Shown here in pieces: positions 58,461 to 64,000 of a stretch of DNA of 64,000 nt. Below the pieces are notes generated by a model, which was not told where the DNA came from, searched no databases, and saw only the letters and a list, made by a program, of their open reading frames with translations. Positions within the stretch are counted from its first letter, which is position 1. Every line of letters begins with the position of its first letter. Source of the stretch: Candidatus Rokuibacteriota bacterium (lineage in GTDB: Bacteria; Methylomirabilota; Methylomirabilia; Rokubacteriales; CSP1-6); NCBI GenBank assembly GCA_016866775.1, contig VGLJ01000002.1, positions 28,174 to 92,173 of the forward strand. Direction: 5' to 3'. Position numbers and translations under genes: made by a program.

Positions 58461-59137
58461 GCCGCCGGGCGCTCCCCGTCGACCTTGATCCCGTCCGTCC
58501 AGAGCTGGACGTCTTCCTCGTTCATCGCGCTCTCGTGCGTGAGCCGCGCGTCGCGAACGCCGCGCTGCTCGATGTCGTGGAGGTACTGCGCGCGCGACAG
58601 CAGCGGCCCGCGGCAGACGGGCGTGGTCTCACGAACCGGCACCGTCGCCGTCTCGCGGTGAAGACGCCGCGTCAGGTCCTGCATGACCCAGGCGGGAATG
58701 CGCCCGCGGTCGGACGGGTAGATGAAGCCGAACAGCACGAGGTGGCTGAACAGCACGCGCCAGTGACGTCCGTAGCGCGCCAGGAGACGGCCCCAGTCGA
58801 GACACTCCGCGCGCGCGTGGAGCAGGTGCGCGATGTCCGCGCCGTCGTAGCGCTCGCGCTCCATGATGAAGCCCTTCGACCAGATCATCTCCTCCGCCGG
58901 CATGAGCTGAACGCGCACGCCGAGCACGGTGTCGTCGACCGCGTGCTCGAACCACACGTCGTCGAACGCCTCGCCCAGATCCGCCGGCCGCACGAAGACG
59001 TCGAAGTCCTTCGTGTGCCGCGCGATCCCGGTGGAGCGCTCGAACGCGTACGCCCCGCCGACGAGGAACGGCACGCCGGCGTCGTCGAGCGCCTTCATCG
59101 AGCGCGCGTAGAACGCGAAGGTCGCTTCGTCGTCCAT
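58457..59137 (-). CDS. nucleotidyltransferase-fold protein (paralog of 271..717); true start MDDEATFAFYARS
   Basis: FLVGGAYAFERSTGIARHTKDFDVFVRP motif. Confidence 0.55.
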   Translation of the reverse strand: MDDEATFAFYARSMKALDDAGVPFLVGGAYAFERSTGIARHTKDFDVFVRPADLGEAFDDVWFEHAVDDTVLGVRVQLMPAEEMIWSKGFIMERERYDGADIAHLLHARAECLDWGRLLARYGRHWRVLFSHLVLFGFIYPSDRGRIPAWVMQDLTRRLHRETATVPVRETTPVCRGPLLSRAQYLHDIEQRGVRDARLTHESAMNEEDVQLWTDGIKVDGERPAA

Positions 59138-59139
59138 CG

Positions 59140-59885
59140 TCAGGCCACCGCGGCCGGCAGCGCGACCGTGAGCTCGATGATCCGGATGGGCGGCCGGCCC
59201 GGGAACGCCTGCACGAGGAGCGGCATCGCGACGTTGTGGACCGGCGAGCCCTCGCGCGTGCGGCCCTCGAGACTGCCGCGGTGCGCGTGACCGTGGAACA
59301 CCGCGCTCGCGGGATAGCGGTTGAGCGGATCCTCGAGGCGGCTCGAGCCGAGGAACGGATAGATCTCGAGCGGCTCGCCTTGCACGGTGCCGAGGATGGG
59401 CGCGTAGTGCATGATCGCGACGCGATGCGGAGTCCTGAGGCGCGCGAGCGCGGACTCCAGCTTGAGCGCCTCGTTGACCGCCTCGTGCACGAAGTTCTTG
59501 ATGCTCTCCTTGCCCCACGGCGCGAGCGCGCGCGGCCCGAAGCCGCCGGCGAAGCCCTTCACCCCGGCGAAGCCGACGCCCGCGACCTCCTGCGCGTCGC
59601 CGTCCAGCACCATCACGCCGGCGTCGACGAGGATCTTCGTGACCTCGGCCTGGTGGCCCGACTCGAAGTCGTGGTTGCCGAGCACCGCGATGACCGGGAT
59701 CTTCACGGGCGCCAGCGCGCTCGCGACGATGCGCGCCTCTTCCGGGAGCCCGTAATCGGTGATGTCCCCGGCGATCACGAGCACGTCCGCGCTGGCCGCC
59801 GCCGCGTTGAAGGCGGGCTGCAGCCCCGCGTGCCCGCCGCGCGGCACGTGCATGTCGCCGACGGCGGCGGTGCGGATCGTGTCCG

Positions 59886-59889
<4 letters not shown>
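59140..59889 (-). CDS. metallophosphoesterase (calcineurin-like)
   Basis: GDMH...GDITDYG...GNHDF...HGHAHR metal-binding motifs. Confidence 0.75.
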
Positions 59890-61050
<1,161 letters not shown>

Positions 61051-61054
<4 letters not shown>

Positions 61055-61719
61055 GACTCCCCCCGCGGCTGGCCTTCGGTGGTCGGAACCTCGCCCGCCT
61101 CCATGAGGTGCTTGAGGCGCCGCAGGTCGTCCTGCACCTGCTGGCTCGGCTCCTCGCCGAAGAGCTTCGCGATGACGGCGGCGAACTTGCCGCCGGGCGG
61201 CGCGTACGCGAGCGACACGCGAATCGTCGTCCCCCGCCCGCCGGGGCCGCGCTCGAACGCGACGGCCCCGGCGTTGCGGATGTCGGCGTCGTCGAGCGAG
61301 CGCCAGGCGATGAGCTCGTTGGGGCGCTCGTCGACGATCTCGGCGTCCCACGTGACGCGCCGTCCCGCCGGCGCGCGCGCCACCCAACGCGAGCGGCGCG
61401 GGCCGTCGCACGTCACCGACTCGAGGTGCCGCATGAAGCGCGGCAGGTTCTCGAAGGCGCGCCAGAAGGCGTAGACCTCTTCCACCGGCTTGTTGATGGC
61501 GACCGTACGCCGGACGGTGACGCCGCGGCAGTGCGCGAGGCTCGCGACGCGCGCGACGTGCGTGGGCTCCTCGCGGAGCCCCAGCGCGTCGTAGAGCAGG
61601 CTCCTGCCGCGCGCGGCGCGATAGATGAGCGCGCCGCCGCCCAGCGCGGCGAGCGCTCCCGACCGGCCGCCACGCGACAGCCCGAACACGAGCAGCAGGC
61701 TGCCGCCCACGAGCGACAC
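61051..61719 (-). CDS. SRPBCC/START-fold protein with N-terminal membrane segment
   Basis: [30 protein letters not shown]... polyketide-cyclase/COQ10-like signature. Confidence 0.55.
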
Positions 61720-61973
61720 CCAGCGCTCGCTCTCGTCGATGTTGACGTGCGCGCTCTGCCAGCGCCGGCGCGCGAGCGCGGCGCTCTCCGCGCCGCGCCC
61801 CGCCTGATCGCCCCGCCGTCATGGCTGTTCCTGGTCCCGGCGACGGCGAATGCGGGAACGCGTTTGGGTCATGGCGGGGTGCTTGGGAGCGAACCGCGTG
61901 CCATCGACCTCGCCAACGGGATCGTGGCCGCCGGCTTGCACCCCGCTGCACAGCCGCTCCGCGAGCGCCGCGC

Positions 61974-62267
61974 CTAGCGGATGCCCCAGCGCCCGGGCCA
62001 CCACACCCAGGCGTGTCCGTCCCACGCCCAGTGTCCAGGAACCCAGACGTTGCGGCCGCTGTGGGACGTCCCGAAGTCCTCGTTGTGATGGGCTCGTGGC
62101 GGGCCGACGCGGCGAGGGACCTCGCTCCGAAGCCCCCACGAGCGCCACGGATCGCGCGGCGGCGGGAAGACCGACGGCGGCGGCGACGTGATCCTGGAGA
62201 CTCGTCCGTCGTGGGCGGATGCGGGCGCGGCCCACGCCGTCACCGCGGCCAGCGCGAGGCCGATCAT
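61974..62267 (-). CDS. small secreted Trp/Gly-rich protein (signal peptide [18 protein letters not shown])
   Basis: C-terminal [21 protein letters not shown] repeat-like motif. Confidence 0.4.
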   Translation of the reverse strand: MIGLALAAVTAWAAPASAHDGRVSRITSPPPSVFPPPRDPWRSWGLRSEVPRRVGPPRAHHNEDFGTSHSGRNVWVPGHWAWDGHAWVWWPGRWGIR

Positions 62268-62302
62268 CGCGAGCCGTCCGGGCCTTCGGCCGATCGTCAG
62301 CG

Positions 62303-63118
62303 TCATCGCTCACCCATCTCCTGTTTCGAGTCTATCTCCGATCCGTGCACCAGCCAGCGTCCCGGCCAGCCGCGCACGTCCGTCTCGATCAGCGCGCCTC
62401 GTGACGTCAAGGTCCCGATGGCCGCCGCGGCTTCGGCCTCCGTCAGTCCGAAGATCCGGCGGAGGACCGACGGGCGCGTGACGACGGCGGCCCGCCCATA
62501 GCGTTCCACGAGCCGCGCCGCGGCGGTGGACCGCGAGAGCCGTCGGCCCGTCGCGACGGCGTCCGGCAGCCAGGCTTCGAGGAGATCCCAGCGGTACGAG
62601 AACGTCGGCTCGTAGCGCTCCTCGGTCTTCACCACCCAGAGCCCCTGTTGAAGCTCGGCCATCGCCCGCTCGAACTCGCGCGTCTGCCGCGGCTCGAGCA
62701 TGAAGCAGCTCGCGCGGAGCCCACGCGTGTACTGCGGATGCTCGGCGGTCAGCGCTTCCATGATGCGCCGTGCGGTGAGGGTGAGACGGCCGGCCTCGTA
62801 TCCCATGCGATAGGCGCGCGCGCGCTGCGGGCCGCGGACGAGCGCGTAGAAGGCGGGAAACAGGTCGAGCGCGACGAGCGTGGGCCGCCCCCGGAGGACC
62901 TTGCCGTAGTAGACGCGCCGCGCCGCCGGCAGGTCGTCTTTCAACCGCCACGTGAGCCCGACGCCGTCGTCGTGGTGCGAATGCTTGGGCCATCGCGGCG
63001 ACGCTCGCCCGACCACCGCTTCCCACAAGCACGGCACGCTGCCGTCACCGAACCGATAAAAGGTCGAGCAGAACCCGACGTCGTTGACGAACGCGAGCGC
63101 CGTTTTCGCGGAGCGCAC
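62303..63118 (-). CDS. winged-helix DNA-binding protein of the YcaQ/AlkZ-like (DUF1006) type; start and length uncertain
   Basis: Weak by-eye similarity only. Confidence 0.3.
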   Translation of the reverse strand: MRSAKTALAFVNDVGFCSTFYRFGDGSVPCLWEAVVGRASPRWPKHSHHDDGVGLTWRLKDDLPAARRVYYGKVLRGRPTLVALDLFPAFYALVRGPQRARAYRMGYEAGRLTLTARRIMEALTAEHPQYTRGLRASCFMLEPRQTREFERAMAELQQGLWVVKTEERYEPTFSYRWDLLEAWLPDAVATGRRLSRSTAAARLVERYGRAAVVTRPSVLRRIFGLTEAEAAAAIGTLTSRGALIETDVRGWPGRWLVHGSEIDSKQEMGER

Positions 63119-63183
63119 GCGCAGACTCGGGAGGCGCCGAAAGCGCCGATCGCGCAGCGCGAGGAGCCGCGCCGCGTCGATGC

Positions 63184-63203
63184 GCAGCCCCCTCCGAGTT
63201 ATC
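63184..63203. repeat. half-copy of the REP-like element (agCCCCCTCCgagttatc); its TTA supplies the stop codon of the REC gene
   Basis: Matches the 3' half of copy C. Confidence 0.4.
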
Positions 63204-63636
63204 GCTTTCCGGACGCCTGGAGGACTTCGCGGAAGACCCGGTAGAACGCGTCGTTCTCGGCGACGGCGCGGCGCAGGAGCGTCGCGAGCTGCGCGACGTC
63301 GCTGGTGTTGACCACGGCGTTCACGCTCCGCGCGAAGGCGGTGGCGTTGTCGAGCGTCTTCACGTCGGCGGCGAGGAGCGTCACGAACATGTAGCGCCGG
63401 ATCGACATCGGCATCGTGTTGAGCGCCTTGAGCACGGCGTGATCGAGCGCGGTGGCGCCGTCGTACGCCTCGTCGACGACGACGACCTGGTAGGCGACCT
63501 TCCGCAGGCGATCGGCCGCCTCGGCGGCGCCGGACGCCGTCTCGGGCGCGTAGCCGAGCTCTTCGAGGGCCTTGCGCACGGCGCCGCGGCGGTCGCCGTC
63601 GTCCACGCAGATCAGGGCCGGAGACGGATCACTCAT
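63199..63636 (-). CDS. single-domain receiver-like response regulator (PilG/PilH-like context)
   Basis: LICVDDGD...VVVVDEAYDG acidic pocket; overlaps the pilT-like gene end. Confidence 0.55.
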   Translation of the reverse strand: MSDPSPALICVDDGDRRGAVRKALEELGYAPETASGAAEAADRLRKVAYQVVVVDEAYDGATALDHAVLKALNTMPMSIRRYMFVTLLAADVKTLDNATAFARSVNAVVNTSDVAQLATLLRRAVAENDAFYRVFREVLQASGKR

Positions 63637-64000
63637 TTCTTCTTCACACTCTTGTTGTAGTCCCAGTCGAGCTTGAGGCCCTCGACCTCACTGGTCTTCT
63701 CGCCGCGCGTCTGCTTCACCTTGTCGATGCCGCGCTGGACGATCGCCTTGCGCGTGGCGTACGACACGGCGGTCTCCTCGGTGATCATCCCCGCCTCGTA
63801 GGCGCGGACGATCGCCTGGTCGAACGTCTGCATGCCGAACGGCTCGCCGACCTCCTGGATCTCGTAGAAGTTCTTGCCCTCGGACTCGCCGTGGAGGATC
63901 AGCTCGTTCGAGCGGATCGTGTTGCCGAGGATGTCGTGCACGGCGAGCCGGCCGCCGCCCACCTTCGGCAGCAGGCGCTGGCCGACGACCCATCGCACGG
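63633..64000 (-). CDS. pilT: PilT/PilU-family type IV pilus retraction ATPase, 3' fragment (5' end beyond window)
   Basis: C-terminal GRLPAV-like HDILGNT..., GMQTFDQAIVRAYEAGMITEE motif. Confidence 0.7.
   Translation of the reverse strand, partial: VRWVVGQRLLPKVGGGRLAVHDILGNTIRSNELILHGESEGKNFYEIQEVGEPFGMQTFDQAIVRAYEAGMITEETAVSYATRKAIVQRGIDKVKQTRGEKTSEVEGLKLDWDYNKSVKKK

Overview
High-GC (~70%) bacterial chromosomal segment, genes tightly packed and often overlapping at GTGA/ATGA junctions. About 30 kb (1376..31500) is one co-directional minus-strand array. From high to low coordinate it carries: TetR regulator, ECF sigma, rplU-rpmA-obg-proB-proA-nadD-rsfS, dksA-like, lapB-like, comF, gap-pgk-tpiA-secG, a dpp-type ABC substrate-binding protein and two permeases, tRNA-Leu(GAG), a small membrane protein, lipA, complex I cluster 1 (nuoA-K, without nuoLMN), then a pyruvate/2-oxoacid dehydrogenase operon (E1 alpha, E1 beta, E2, lpdA). 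A second complex I cluster (nuoABCD-HIJKLMN, lacking EFG, with a NIPSNAP gene between nuoC and nuoD) lies at 31.6-42.0 kb. Downstream are a DUF457-type hydrolase, a REC-PilZ regulator, iorAB, tRNA-Leu(CAA) and tRNA-Ala(GGC), a liv operon with a GT-C glycosyltransferase and a SAM-methyltransferase inserted between livG and livF, a LigD-polymerase/nucleotidyltransferase/metallophosphoesterase neighbourhood, an aldehyde/alcohol dehydrogenase, and a REC gene next to a pilT fragment.

The main finding is a 108-codon Spx/ArsC-family thioredoxin-fold ORF directly after tRNA-Ala. It has an in-frame UGA at the first Cys of the CxxC motif and a SECIS-like hairpin 15 nt downstream, so it is a candidate UxxC selenoprotein. 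Other notable signals are a family of ~45-bp GC-rich palindromic (REP-like) elements abutting stop codons, and a nuoK-pdhA translational fusion of complex I and PDH genes. Three apparent single-base frameshifts may be assembly indels. No CRISPR array, transposase or rRNA was found. All coordinates are from manual reading and may be off by 1-3 nt.
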